Assembly: GCA_038087875.1 (NCBI GenBank)
Contig: CM075992.1
Span: 684,001 to 748,000 of the forward strand
Length of the DNA: 64,000 bases
Origin: Malacoraja senta
Taxonomy: Eukaryota
Reading direction: 5' to 3'
Position 1 is the stretch's first letter. Every line of letters begins with the position of its first letter. The notes beneath the pieces were generated by a model. The model did not search any database, was not told the origin of the DNA, and worked only from the letters and a program-made list of their open reading frames with translations. Below, piece after piece: positions 52,638-64,000 of this stretch. Both the position numbers and the translations under genes were made by a program.

Positions 52638-53132
52638 TCTAGGTTTACAAGGTTAATTCCCGGGATGGCGGGACTGTCATTTGCTGAGAGAATGGAGCAG
52701 CTGGGCTTGTACACTCTGGAGTTTAGAAGGATGAGAGGGTTTCTCATTGAAACATATAAGATTGTTAAGGGTTTGGACACGCTAGAGGCAGGAAACATGT
52801 TCCCGATGTTGGGGGAGTCCAGAACCAGGGGCCACACACAGTTTAAGAATAAGGAGTAAGCCATTTAGAACGGAGACGAGGAAACACTTTTTCTTACAGA
52901 GAGTGGTGAGTCTGTGGAATTCTCTGCCTCAGAGGGCGGTGGAGGCCGGTTCTCTGGATGCTTTCAAGAGAGAGCTAGATAGGGTTCTTAAAAATAGCGG
53001 AGTCAGGGGATATGGGGAGAAGGCAGGAACGGGGTACTGATTGGGGATGATCATCCATGATCACATTGAATGGCGGTGCTGACTCGAAGGGCCGAATGGC
53101 CTACTCCTGCACCTATGGTCTATTGTCTATTG
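52638..53132 (+). mobile_element. CR1 3' fragment
   Basis: RFTRLIPGMAGLS...LYTLEFRRMRG; typical 3' UTR. Confidence 0.87.
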
Positions 53133-53514
53133 GAACGAACAGCAGATATTGGTTTAAACTGAAGATTGTCACAAAAGGCTGGAGTAACTCAGCGGGACAG
53201 GCAGCATCTCTGGAGAGAAGGAATGGGTGACATTTGGGGTCGAGACCCTTCTTCAGACAGTCAGGGGAAAGGAAAACAAGAGATATAGGCGCTGATGTAG
53301 AGAGGTATAGAACAAATGAATGAAAGATATGCTAAATAGTAACAAAGATAAAGGAAACAGGCCATTGTTAATAGTGGAGTATTTCTGGTGGATATATGTC
53401 AGAATGATTTTGCAAGGTGAACCAACTTACTGTTTTTAAAATGGGGCACAAATGGAGCAGCAGTGATTAAGATATAAACTGCCAGGAGGTTAATAGTGAT
53501 GTGCCTCAAGACCC

Positions 53515-53973
53515 GTGTGTGTGTGTCTGTCTGTGTGTGTGTGTGAGTGTGTGAGTGTCTGTCCGTCTGTCTGTGTGTCCGTCTGTGTGTCTGTTCGTCT
53601 GTGTGTGTGTGTGTCTGTCCGTCTGTGTGTGTGTGTGTGTCTGTCTGTGTGTGTGTATGTGTGTGTCTGTCCATCTGTGTGTGTGTGTGTGTGTGTCTGA
53701 CTGTGTGTGTGAGTGTCTGTCCGTCTGTCCGTCTGTCTGTCCGTCTGTTCGTCTGTGTGTCTGTCCGTCTGTGTGTCTGTTCGTCTGTCTGTGTCTGTGT
53801 GTGTGTGTGTGTGTGTGTCTGTCTGTGTGTGTGTGTGAGTGTCTGTCCGTCTGTGTCTGTCCGTCTGTGTCTGTCCGTCTGTCTGTGTGTGTGTGTCTGT
53901 CCGTCTGTGTGTGTGTGTCTGTCCGTCTGTGTGTGTTTGTGTGTGTGTGTGTCTGTCCGTCTGTGTGTGTGTG

Positions 53974-54005
<32 letters not shown>

Positions 54006-54020
54006 TGTGTGTGTCTGTCC

Positions 54021-54057
<37 letters not shown>

Positions 54058-54062
54058 TGTCC

Positions 54063-54111
<49 letters not shown>

Positions 54112-54220
54112 TGTCCGTCTGTGTGTGTCTGTCCGTCCGTCTGTGTGTGTGTGTGTGTCTGTCCGTCTGTGTGTGTCTGTCCGTCCGTCTGTGTGTGTGT
54201 GTGTGTGTATGTATGTGTGT
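53515..54220. repeat. Compound (GT)n/GTCT/GTCC microsatellite
   Basis: Directly visible. Confidence 0.97.
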
Positions 54221-55349
54221 CGGGTTCAATGCACGAGTCTGTTCCCATACACAGAATTAGGCCATTCGGCCCATTGAGTTTACCCTACTGTTCGATCATG
54301 GCTGATCTACATGTCCCCCTCTGCCACATTCTCCTGCCTTCTCCCCGTAATCTTTGACATCATTAATAATCAAGAACCTATCGATCTCTGCTTTAAAAAT
54401 ACCCAAGGACTTGGCCTCCACCGCCGTCTGTGGCAATGGCCCTGCTGTGTTACCCGTTGCTGGAGTTGATGTTCTGGAGCTGGCTGTGAGGGGCTCTCCG
54501 TAACTGTGCTGCAAGGGTGGCAACGAGTGACTGAGAGTTGAGTGAGGGCTGGACAACGAGACGGGGAGAGGGAGTGAAGACTGGATTTGGAGCTGCAGAG
54601 AGAAAAAAGGCTAAAATGAAAGTTAAAAGTTGCTTCTAACATCAATGACGAATCAGTTAAATGTGTTCCTTTTTTTTCAGCAACACTAACTGACGGGTGT
54701 TACATTAAGTGTAGGGCAGTTTTACAAATGTATTGGCTCTGTTAACCAGCAGCCCTGGCCCCATAGCAGAAGGGTCCACGTGGCAGGGCTGGAAACTGGA
54801 AGTATCCTGAGCTAATTCTGCCACCACCATCATCTATTGCAACAAGTGATGGCTTCCCACTGATTGTCGCCGGAAGCTTGCGTCCTTTTCAGGACGGACG
54901 ATGACAGCGAGGTCAACATTTGAAACATGGAAGATGGTCACGGAAGAAGACTTGCAGCCCTAAACTTCTCCAGCTTTCCCCAGAGATAACAGGGTGGTTG
55001 TCCCCAATGTGGGGTCTGTGAGACAGAGGGTGGACTGGTCTCAATCCCAGGGCAAGGGCTGGACATTCACGACTCTCTGTGACATCCACATCCTGGCAGG
55101 CTGCAGAGAGTTGAACGTTGATGTGGCTGTGAATTAACCAACTCTTTTCCAGCAACAATTTCCCACTGTGTAGGAAGGAACTGCAGATGCTGGATTAAAC
55201 CAAAGATCGACCCGAAACGTCACCCATTCCTTCTCCCCAGAGACGCTGCCTGTCCTGCTGAGTTACTCCAGCTTTATGAACCAGCATCTGCAGTTCTTTC
55301 CAACACATTCTATAAGATCACCCTTCATCCTCCTGCGTTCTACCTGATC

Positions 55350-56370
55350 TACCTTCTCCGTGGATTGTCACCTTGTGATGGTGGAGAAGCTTGTGTGGTC
55401 CTGAGATCCTGAGAGCGATGCCGTCTGGAGCTAGGCTCCTGGTAGGACCACCCATGGCGGTAAGGTCGAGGGGGAGGTCTCTGACAAAGAGCCAATCCAA
55501 CCAAGACCTCAACGGTGGAACAGGCGGAGGACGATGGCTGACCTTAGTGGAGCAGGGAGGTTCTACTGCAGTTGTACAGGGTCTTGGTGAGGCCACACTT
55601 GGAGTATTGCGTACAGTTTTGGTCACCAAATCTGAGGAAAGACATTCTTGCCATGGAGGGAGTACAGAGAAGGTTCACCAGACTGATTCCTGGGATGGCA
55701 GGACTTTCATATGAAGAAAGACTGGATAGACTCGGCTTGTACTCGCTAGAATTTAGAAGATTGAGGGGGGATCTTATAGAAACTTACAAGATTCTTAAGG
55801 GGTTGGACAGGCTAGATGCAGGAAGATTGTTCCCGATGTTGGGGAAGTCCAGAACAAGGGATCACAGTTTAAGGATAAGGGGGAAGTCTTTTAGGACCGA
55901 GATGAGAAAATCATTTTTCACACAGAGTGGTGAATCTGTGGAATTCTCTGCCACAGAAGGTAGTTGAGGCCAGTTCATTGGCTATATTTAAGAGGGAGTT
56001 AGATGTGGCCCTTGTGGCTAAAGGGATCAGGGGGTATGGAGAGAAGGCAGGTACAGGATACTGAGTTGGATGATCAGCCATGATCATATTGAATGGCGGT
56101 GCAGGCTCGAAAGGCCGAATGGCCGAATGGCCTATTCCTGCACCTATTTTCTATGTTTCTATGTCACAACGGCTGGGAAGGCGGATGAAGGCTGCAGCAG
56201 AAAAGGGTCTCCGGTCGTCTTGGACTCCATGCCACTGGATCCTGACCCAGATCTGTCAAGGACCGTGGGATGGCTGTCTGTGCACCAGTCTCCCCACGTT
56301 AAACAAAGTCACGCACTGGCGTCCCCCATGAGAGGACAGTCATACCCGTTTCGAGTGACCGCCGATGATC
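55350..56370 (+). mobile_element. RTE-clade-like non-autonomous element (5' region), split by CR1
   Basis: CACCTTGTGATGGTGG...GATGCCGTC...CCACCCA...CTGACAAA resembles the recalled 5' region of RTE/BovB-type LINEs; ends about 30 nt before the SNAG exon acceptor. Confidence 0.5.
55556..56163 (+). mobile_element. CR1 3' fragment inserted in an RTE-like element
   Basis: YRVLVRPHLEYCVQFWSP...; TTTCTATG tail. Confidence 0.88.
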
Positions 56371-56417
56371 TACCCTATTTATTTTTACCTATTTATTTCA
56401 GAGGAGGGACCCTCAGG

Positions 56418-56517
56418 ATGCCGCGGTCGTTTCTAGTGAGGAGTCGCAGGTTGACCAGTCACCAGACCCAGCCGTTCGATGATGATGACCATGTGTTCAG
56501 TCTGGCACACATTCCAG
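56418..56517 (+). CDS. GFI1-like: GFI1-family zinc-finger repressor, first coding exon with SNAG domain (MPRSFLVRSRRLTSHQTQPFDDDDHVFSLAHIP)
   Basis: TTTCAG acceptor ending 56401, ATG at 56418, MPRSFLV SNAG start, GTAAGA donor at 56518, phase 1. Confidence 0.92.
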
Positions 56518-56744
56518 GTAAGAAACCCAACGACGTCCCCTCTGCCCACCCTGCAGGCGAGGGGCCCATTTTCGGGGGGTTACGTTCGTGACCGGGTGTC
56601 CCTCGAAAAGGAACACGCAGTGTCCACGGGGGGGGGGTGCGGTGGGGGGGGGGGGGCGGTTAACGGCATCCTAGATTTGGGCAGTGGGCAGGTGCTATAG
56701 ACCTGCACGGGAAGGTAGACGCTCCCGCCCCCACGAGTCTCGGG

Positions 56745-57610
56745 CAGATGGGGCTCATCAGCCTGGGGAGGCAGTCCATCTAGGAGAGGGAAAACTCTGA
56801 TTTTTTATTTTTTTATTTAAAAAAATATATATTTTAATTTTATTAGAAGTAAGTACAATTGTATACAATCATATTTTCATAATACATTTTATGTACAGCT
56901 TCTTATTTTTTTAATTTTTATAATAAAGAAGAAAAAGAAAAAGAAGTTAGATAATGAAATATAGAAAAATGTGAGATATATAGTGTGTGGAAAAGAAAAA
57001 TAGAGAGTGAAAGAAGAAAGTTAAAGAATAGAAAATAGGAAAAAGAGAAGAAAAGAAGAAAAGGGAAGAAAAAGAAAAAGAAGTAAGGAGATCTTATTTA
57101 TAATCTTGACCATCCCTCACCCAGTCACGAGTTAGCTTTTATAATTGTGTTGCACCATATGATTCCAAAAAGACGACAAATGGAGACCAACTCGTTGTGA
57201 ATTGGTCAAATTTATCTATTAGGAGGAATCGCATTTCCTCAAGATGTGCGGTGTCCAACATACTTGCAATCCACATTTTGAGCGAAAACTCTGATTTAAA
57301 ACCTCCACTGCCTTGTGGCCGTATCCATTCATGGAAAAGGCTCCAGGAGTAAACCTCAAGAAAATCCGGAGTCGGAGCCCCTAAGGCAGTTCGTCGTTGT
57401 CTACAACCTCCCTCTGGCATCTCCTGCGACGGCGCTGGTGCCAAACTGTACGGCCCTGCTGTTCCTTTGGATCGATCAGCGACGTGGAGAGGGGGGACGT
57501 GCTGCATGGGGCAACAGCCTGTCTGTCCTCCATATGACATCGATCGCCCAGGCTTGCATCCGACCAGGATGCATCACCCATGGTCAGTCATGACCGAGGG
57601 GAGCCTACAT
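56745..57610 (+). mobile_element. RTE-like non-autonomous element, split by an L1 fragment
   Basis: CTAGGAGAGGGAAAACTCTGATTTAAAACC motif, recalled as typical of RTE 5' UTRs. Confidence 0.45.
56804..57283 (-). mobile_element. L1 3' fragment
   Basis: Encodes LKMWIASMLDTAHLEEMRFLL; T-rich tail; TSD GAAAACTCTGATTT at 56790-56803 and 57284-57297. Confidence 0.9.
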
Positions 57611-58164
57611 GACCGATCAGGATCGTAGTATAGTCATTTAAATTTACAATTTAGTATTAGTATTAAGAATTCAGTCTGAAGAAGGGTCTCGACCCGAAAC
57701 ATCACCCGTTCCTTCTCTCCAGAGATGCTGCCTGTCCCGCTGAGTTACTCCAGCATTTTGTGTCTATCTTAAGTATTTAGAATAGTTGGGGGGGGTTTAT
57801 TCCGTGGTGGGTGTGTTGGTGTTGGTCGCTTTGTAAATATTATTGTTGTAAATAATTGAATTCATTTATTTTTGGTAAAAATAAATAGGAGCCAGTATTG
57901 GGGCAAATAATTGGGGCAAGTTTGATAGTGGTGTTTAAGAGTGTTTCGGATCGACACATGAATGTGTGCAGGGAATGGATCATGCACAGGCAGATAAGAT
58001 GATGGTTGGGGCACAGACATTGTGGGCCGAAGGGCCTGGCCTTGTGCTGTACTGTTCTACATTGAAGCTAACTACAAAGAAGAGGAGCCCGTTCGGCCCT
58101 GTACTAGCCCTGCCACTTCCCTGGCATTAAGACATGGAAGGGCACTCATTGGTCATTAGATTAG

Positions 58165-58470
58165 ATAGCCCTGCATCCTGGACAATACAGCTCATGACGC
58201 ACTGGTCAACCTGAGGAGCACCTTCAGCAACACACTGGTTCCACCAAGATGCAGCACAGAACGCCACAGGAGATCCTTCTTCCCTGTGGCTATCAAACTG
58301 TACAACTCCTCCCCACTTCTGTCGTGGGGTAGACTGACTCCCCTCCCCTCCCCCCCAATCTTTACTCATCCCCAATCCTTTCCACTCGTCACTTTAATTT
58401 CATGTATCTTGTGTTTTTATGACTGTTGGCAGATCAATTTCCCTCCTGGGATAAATAAAAGTTCCATCGT
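58165..58470 (+). mobile_element. Rex1/Babar-like LINE 3' fragment
   Basis: Encodes TERHRRSFFPVAIKLYNSS; ends AATTTCCC...GGGATAAATAAA. Confidence 0.6.
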
Positions 58471-58484
58471 AATGTATCTCACCA

Positions 58485-58700
58485 CTCTTTCTCTCTCTCC
58501 CTCCCTCCTTCCCTCCTTCCCTCTCTCTCTCTCTCTCCTCTTCCCTCCTCTCTCTCCCTCCCTCCCTCCCTCCCTCCCTCCCTCCCTCCCTCCCCTCTCT
58601 CCCTCCCTCTCTCCCTCCTTCCTCCCTCTCTCCCTTCATCCTTCCCTCTCCCTCCTTCCCTCTCTCCCACCCTCTCTCCTTCCCTCCCTCCCTCCATCCA
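58485..58700. repeat. (CCCT/CT)n polypyrimidine low-complexity tract directly upstream of a GFI1-like acceptor
   Basis: Directly visible. Confidence 0.95.
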
Positions 58701-58703
58701 CAG

Positions 58704-58961
58704 TGCCTGGCCCAGTGGAAACCGGATCTCGGGAACCAGCAGCCCTGGTAATTAAACTGGAGGAGCCCCCGTTGAGCCTCAACCCCATGGAGACCACCCC
58801 CTCGCTGTGCGGCCCAGAGCCAAGGTGCTGGCGAGTTGCTCAGACACAGGTGGGCTCAGGAGTGGCCAGGGACGGCCTCTCAGCTTCACCTGGAGCAGAG
58901 GAGGGGGTGTGCGGGAGGAGACCCACGTGCGAGGACCTCTGGACAACTTGCTCCCCATCAG
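58704..58961 (+). CDS. GFI1-like: GFI1-like coding exon 2 (VPGPVETGSREPAALVIKLEE...SASPGAEEGVCGRRPTCEDLWTTCSPS)
   Basis: CAG acceptor after a long CT tract, GTGTGA donor, 258 nt, phase 1/1; the 3' end resembles recalled GFI1 [28 protein letters not shown]. Confidence 0.8.
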
Positions 58962-59284
58962 GTGTGACATCCGAGGTCGGGCAGCGTCCATGGATTCAGA
59001 GACGGAGGGATTAATCGGTAGAACCCTGAACGTGTAGTTGTGAGGAGAGCCACAATGCTCGATGTACTTTAGTTTAGAGATACAGTGCGGAAGCAGGCCC
59101 TTCGGCCCACCGAGTCCGCGACCAGCGACCAGCGATCACCCTGCACACTAGGGACAATTTACAAATTTTACAGAAGCCAATTAAACTACAATGATGCACG
59201 TCTTTGGAGTGTGGGAGGAAACTGGAGCACCCAGGGAAACCATGCAGTCACGGGGAGAAGGGACAAACAGCGCTCCTCTAATAT

Positions 59285-59562
59285 CTTTAGACCGAGATGA
59301 GGAAAAACTTTTTCACACAGAGAGTGGTGAATCTCTGGAACTCTCTGCCACAGAGGGTAGTTGAGGGCCAGTTCATTGGCTATATTTAAGAGGGAATTAG
59401 ATGTGGCCCTTGTGGCTAAAGGGATCAGGGGGTATGGAGAGAAGGCAGGTACGGGATACTGAGTTGGATGATCAGCCATGATCGTATTGAATGGCGGTGC
59501 AGGCTCGAAGGGCCGAATGGCCTACTCCTGCACCTAATTTCTATGTATCTATGTATCTATGT
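59285..59562 (+). mobile_element. CR1 3' fragment inserted into a minus-strand V-SINE
   Basis: CR1 3' UTR and (TCTATGTA)n tail; SINE halves on either side (about 59068-59260 and 59568-59635). Confidence 0.82.
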
Positions 59563-60260
59563 ATCTTTGGTCAGAATCGAATCCAGGTCTCTGGCGCTGT
59601 AAGGCAGCAACTCTACCGCTACTCCACCTTGCTGCCCAACATGTAATGTTAACTGAGACCTTGTCTAATCTTTCCGGTATAGAGGTAATCTCCCCGGTCT
59701 TTTGGTTTAAAGACCCAATATGGAAACAGGCTCATCGGCCCACCAAGTCGACGCCGACCATCGATCACCCATTCTCACTAGTTCCATATTATTCCATTTC
59801 CCCATCCACTCCCTACACACAGGGGACAATTTATACTGGGCCAAGTAACCTACAAACCTGCACATCTTTGGGATGCCTTTGTGCCTTCACTATTGAGGCC
59901 TGTTGAAATGGCCTTTTAAACGTTGTAATTTTACCTGTCTCCATCACTACCTCTGGCAGCTCGTTCCAGATAACCACCCCCCTCTGTGTGAAAAACTTGT
60001 CCCTCATATTCGCCCAGCCTAACCCTGTAGTACTGCACTCCCCTGCTCTGGAGAAAATGACTCTGCCCTATATACTCCCCTTGTAGGTTTATAAACCTCT
60101 ATCAAGTCACCTCTCAGCCTGGCTTCCAGTAACATTAAGCCCAGACAATCCAGTCCCTCCTAAGAACTCAGGACCTCCTTTCCAAGAACATACTAGTGAA
60201 TCTCTTCTGCACTTTCTCCATTGCTACCACTTCCTTTTGTGTAGTGTGGAGACAAGAACT

Positions 60261-60573
60261 AGGGCAGCACGGGGGCACAGCGGTAGAGCTGCTGCCATCA
60301 CAGCGCCAGAGACCCGGGTTCCATCCCGTCTACGGGTGCTGTCTGTGTGGAGGTTTGTACCTTCTCCCCGTGACCACGTGGGTTTTCTCCAGGTGCTCCG
60401 GTTTCCTCCCACACTCCAAAGACGTACACGTTTGTAGGTTAATTGGTTTGGTGTAAATATAAATTGTTCCTAGTGTGTGTCGGATCGTGTTACGGTGCGG
60501 GCATCGTTGGTCGGTACGGACTCGGTGGGCCGAAGGGCCTGTTTCTGCTCTGTATCTCCAAACTAAACTAAAC
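60261..60573 (+). mobile_element. tRNA-derived V-SINE
   Basis: A/B boxes, V-domain, (CTAAA)n tail. Confidence 0.82.
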
Positions 60574-60747
60574 GTAGGACAAAATGGGCCACAGATCAGC
60601 AACTGGGAAGACCAAAGGGTAAGGACATAGTTCCTGTGAAGCTGGGAGCAAACTGCAGGAAACTTCTAGAAGGCAAATACACGGCAGGAAGAGTTCATAC
60701 TGAGAATATCACTCCCAGCTCAAACGCACAGGCACTTAGATCGATTC

Positions 60748-60988
60748 TGAGGTATGAATATTGATTTCTCTAATTTCAAGTAAGCCAAGCATTCCCTCTC
60801 TCTCCGTCCCTCCCCCACCCTAGTCGTTTTGTATCCCTTCATTAACACCTCATCCACAGCCAACAATGGACCATTGTGGGCTCCACCTTTACCAAGTCAT
60901 CGGTGCTTTGTTCTGTGCCTTCCCATACCTTTAGTTTCCCCCTCCCTGACACTCAGTCTGAAGAACAGTCACCACCCAAACGTCACAC
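60748..60988 (+). mobile_element. Penelope-like element 3' fragment
   Basis: GMNIDFSNFK-stop at 60751-60783, pyrimidine-rich spacer, then CAGTCTGAAGAA; similar fragment at about 8570-8820. Confidence 0.65.
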
Positions 60989-61529
60989 GCTGTGGAGAGG
61001 ATGTTTCCACTAGTGGGAGAGTCCAGGACTAGAGGTCACAGCCTGAGAATTAAAGGAAGTTCCTTTAGGAAGGAGATGAAGATGAATTTCTTTAGTCAAG
61101 AGGGTGGTGAATCTGTGGAATTAATTGCCACAGAAAGCTGTGGAGGGCACGTCAGTGGATATTTATATGGATATAAGGCAGAGAAAGATAGATTCTTGAT
61201 TAGTACGGGCGTCAGGGGTTATGGGAGAAGGCAGAATAATAGGGTTAGAGGGAGAGATATGGAGTCATGATTGAATGGCGGAGTAGACTTGATGGGCCGA
61301 ATGGCCTAATTCTGCTCCTTTCACATGAACTATTTCATTTCTCCAAAGATGCTGCCTAACCTGCTGAGTTACTCCAGCACTCTGTGTCTAGATCAACTCT
61401 GAGATCCATGTCAATATTGATTTGAATGAAGGTAGACACAAAATGCTGGGGTAACTCAGCGGGTGAGGCAGCATCTCTGGAGAGAAGGAATGGTCGAGAC
61501 CATTATTTGAACGATCTGACCTCTTGCAG

Positions 61530-61768
61530 CTTCTGACAAAGTGTTTGTGCCTTCGGAAGCGGTCGTGGCCCTGGGGTTACGATGCCGACCCTGCCCCTGG
61601 ACTGGGAGCTCCACCGTCAGGCTCAAACACCTGGTTGAGGATTATCTGTCGCCTCTTCTGGAGGCCAAAGGCACCGTCCAGAAACAGAGCAACGCACAGA
61701 GCAGTGAAGGTAACGGCTGCTCAGTCGTCACTCCGAGAGGCCCGTACGACAGCCTCAAATGTGACAAG
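61530..61768 (+). CDS. GFI1-like: GFI1-like coding exon 3 (ASDKVFVPSE...RPCPWTGSSTVRLKHLVEDY...GPYDSLKCDK)
   Basis: CTTGCAG acceptor, GTAAAT donor, 239 nt, phase 1/0; resembles GFI1 ASEKSMCPS...KPYSWSG...LRHLVQSY and ends at the conserved intron inside ZF1. Confidence 0.85.
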
Positions 61769-61806
61769 GTAAATGGTCGCTGTGTTCCCCAGTCACACCT
61801 GGCCCC

Positions 61807-62114
61807 CACACACACACACACACACACACAAGCGCACGATAGGCACACACACACACACAGGTGTACACACATGTGCATGATAGGCACACACGCACGCGCA
61901 CATACATACACAAAAGCACACACCATACATGCAGACACTAGACATGCACACTACACACACTACATACACACACACACACAAAGTACACACACTAGACATA
62001 CACACACACACACAAAGTGCGCACACATACGTGTACACAGGCATACACACAAATACAAGTACACACACACGCACGTACACAAGTACACGCACACAGACAT
62101 CCACACAGGCACAC
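61807..62114. repeat. Degenerate (CA)n low-complexity tract
   Basis: Directly visible. Confidence 0.93.
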
Positions 62115-62324
62115 AGCTGGTTCCATACACCCACCATTTACAAGAGGGAACAGCTCTCTAAGGTGGGTGGATCGGTGACTGACCCACAGTGGGTGCTGGA
62201 GTCTGAGGGCAGTTAATGAGAGCAGGAAGTGGATTGGGTGTAACTGTGATGCGTGTTGGTTGGTGGGGACTCGGTGGCCTCTGTCCATGGCTGTGAGAAA
62301 GCCTCACCAGTGCGGCAATCCTCA

Positions 62325-62535
62325 GATAACGGGGCATGTATGACATGATGCTGATAACGGGGCATGTATGACATGATGCTGATAACTGGACATGTATGAC
62401 GTGATGCTGATAACTGGACATGTATGATGTGATGGTGATAACTGGACATGTATGACATGATGCTGATAACTGGACATGTATGACGTGATGCTGATAACTG
62501 GACATGTATGACATGATGCTGATAACTGGACATGT
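62325..62535 (+). repeat. 28-bp minisatellite (GATAACTGGACATGTATGACATGATGCT), about 7.5 copies
   Basis: Unit starts at 62325, 62353, 62381, 62409, 62437, 62465, 62493, 62521. Confidence 0.95.
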
Positions 62536-62626
62536 GCGGCCGGTCACTGATACATGTATTAGTGTGAACAGCCACTGGGTGCGTGTGAGCAGTTATCTGT
62601 CTTCACCGTGAATATTTCCAATGCAG

Positions 62627-62770
62627 GGCTTTCCAAGTGGGCACAGGCTGGACGTTCATGTCCGGAGACCACACAGCGGGACCCAGCCCTTCTCCTGCGG
62701 GACGTGTGAGAAAGCCTTTGGTCACTCCGCCAGTGTAGAGCAACACAGGGCCACACACATCCCAACCAAG
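62627..62770 (+). CDS. GFI1-like: GFI1-like coding exon 4, rest of ZF1 plus ZF2 ([48 protein letters not shown])
   Basis: GCAG acceptor, GTAAGG donor, 144 nt; aligns to GFI1 [46 protein letters not shown]. Confidence 0.93.
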
Positions 62771-63387
62771 GTAAGGAGTAACTGTGGAGACAATAGGTGC
62801 AGGTGTAGGCCACTCGGCCCTTCGAGCCAGCACCGCCATTCAATGTGATCATGGCTGATCATCCCCAATCAGTACCCCGTTCCTGCCTTCTCCCCATATC
62901 CCCTGACTCCGCTATCTTTAAGAGCCCTATCTAGCTCTCTATTGAAAGTATCCAGAGAACCTGCCTCCACCGCCCTCTGAGGCAGAGAATTCCACAGACT
63001 CACCACTCTCTGTGAGAAAAAGTGTTTCCTCGTCTCCCACTTTAGATAGACACAAAATGCTGGAGTAACAGAGAAGGGTGGTCCTACTAATTCCACTGTT
63101 CGCTTCCTTATATTCCTGTCTTTAGCACTTCTTCCCCAGCCAACAATGGACCATTATGGACTCCACCCTTCCTGAGGTCATCCTGCTGCCGGCCCCCATT
63201 TGTTCTGGGCTTTTCTATCTTTCAGTCTGAAAAAGGGTCCCGACACAAAATGTTTCCCATTCCTTCTCTCCAGAGATGCTGCCTGACCTGCTGAGTTACT
63301 CCAGCATTTTGATATGGATTAAATAAACAGCCATGGGGGTGATTAAACTGGATCAATAATGTGATGCCCCCTAGGGTGAGTAGTATA

Positions 63388-63650
63388 ATTTAGTTTAGAG
63401 ATACAGCTCGGAAACAGGCCCTTCACCCCACCGAGACCGTGCCGACCAGCGATCCCCGCACACTAACACTATCCTACACGCACTAGGGACAATTACACCA
63501 AGCCAATTAACCTACAAACCTGTACGTCTTTGGAGTGTGGGAGGAAGCTGAAGATCTCGGAGAAAACCCACGTGGGTCACGGGGAGAACGTGCAAACTCC
63601 GTACAGACAGCACCCGTAGTCAGGATGGAACCTGGGTCTCTGGCGCTGTG
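63388..63650 (-). mobile_element. tRNA-derived V-SINE
   Basis: Reverse complement of the same family. Confidence 0.8.
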
Positions 63651-63872
63651 CTACCATGCAAGTACTCAGTTCCTCCACAATTGGTGTGACGGGATGCTGG
63701 GGCGTGAGGTTTGGCCGCTGAGACCTTGCCAAGATCGTTCCCTCACAGCAAGAGCTAACGAAGGGATACATAACGGCATTACATGCTCAAGCAGTAACCT
63801 ATTCCTTCTCTCCGGAGATGCTGCCTGAGCCGCTGAGTTACTCCAGCACTCTGTGTCTGCCTTTGGCATTAA

Positions 63873-64000
<128 letters not shown>

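Noticed and set aside
53399..54357. Long ORFs of 170-276 aa rich in THTH/VCVC
   Set aside because: Translations of a GT/CA microsatellite with no stop codons; not protein-like.
56418..56517. SNAI1/SNAI2/Scratch identity suggested by MPRSFLVR
   Set aside because: The downstream fingers ([32 protein letters not shown]) and intron positions are GFI1-family.
58850..58856. Alternative donor CAG|GTGGGC inside GFI1-like coding exon 2
   Set aside because: It is phase 0 and would frameshift the next exon; the donor at 58962 keeps frame and includes the GFI1-like CEDLW motif.

Overview
Eukaryotic (vertebrate) genomic DNA, most likely from a cartilaginous fish (skate/ray type), judged from its CR1, V-SINE, L1 and Penelope-derived repeats. 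The + strand carries two intron-containing genes in tandem. (1) The last seven coding exons and a long 3' UTR of an EVI5-family Rab-GAP gene, whose diagnostic residues match EVI5L (9516-34807). (2) The first five coding exons of a divergent GFI1-family SNAG/C2H2 zinc-finger gene (56418 to the window end). EVI5 followed by GFI1 is the known vertebrate gene pair, so a GFI1-like gene behind the paralogue EVI5L looks like a third GFI1 ohnologue not known from mammals. It has a lysine-free SNAG tail (RSRR instead of KSKK), a broken zinc finger 1 and a near-invariant zinc finger 3. The rest is dense transposon sequence: a young 5'-truncated L1 with an unbroken ~1210-codon ORF2 and a 16-bp TSD, CR1 fragments, V-SINEs, Rex1/Babar-like non-autonomous elements and a MITE. 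There is also a very abundant Penelope-derived fold-back repeat carrying a minimal hammerhead-ribozyme core, in places expanded into 66-bp tandem arrays. All protein and family comparisons are from recalled sequences, not database searches.
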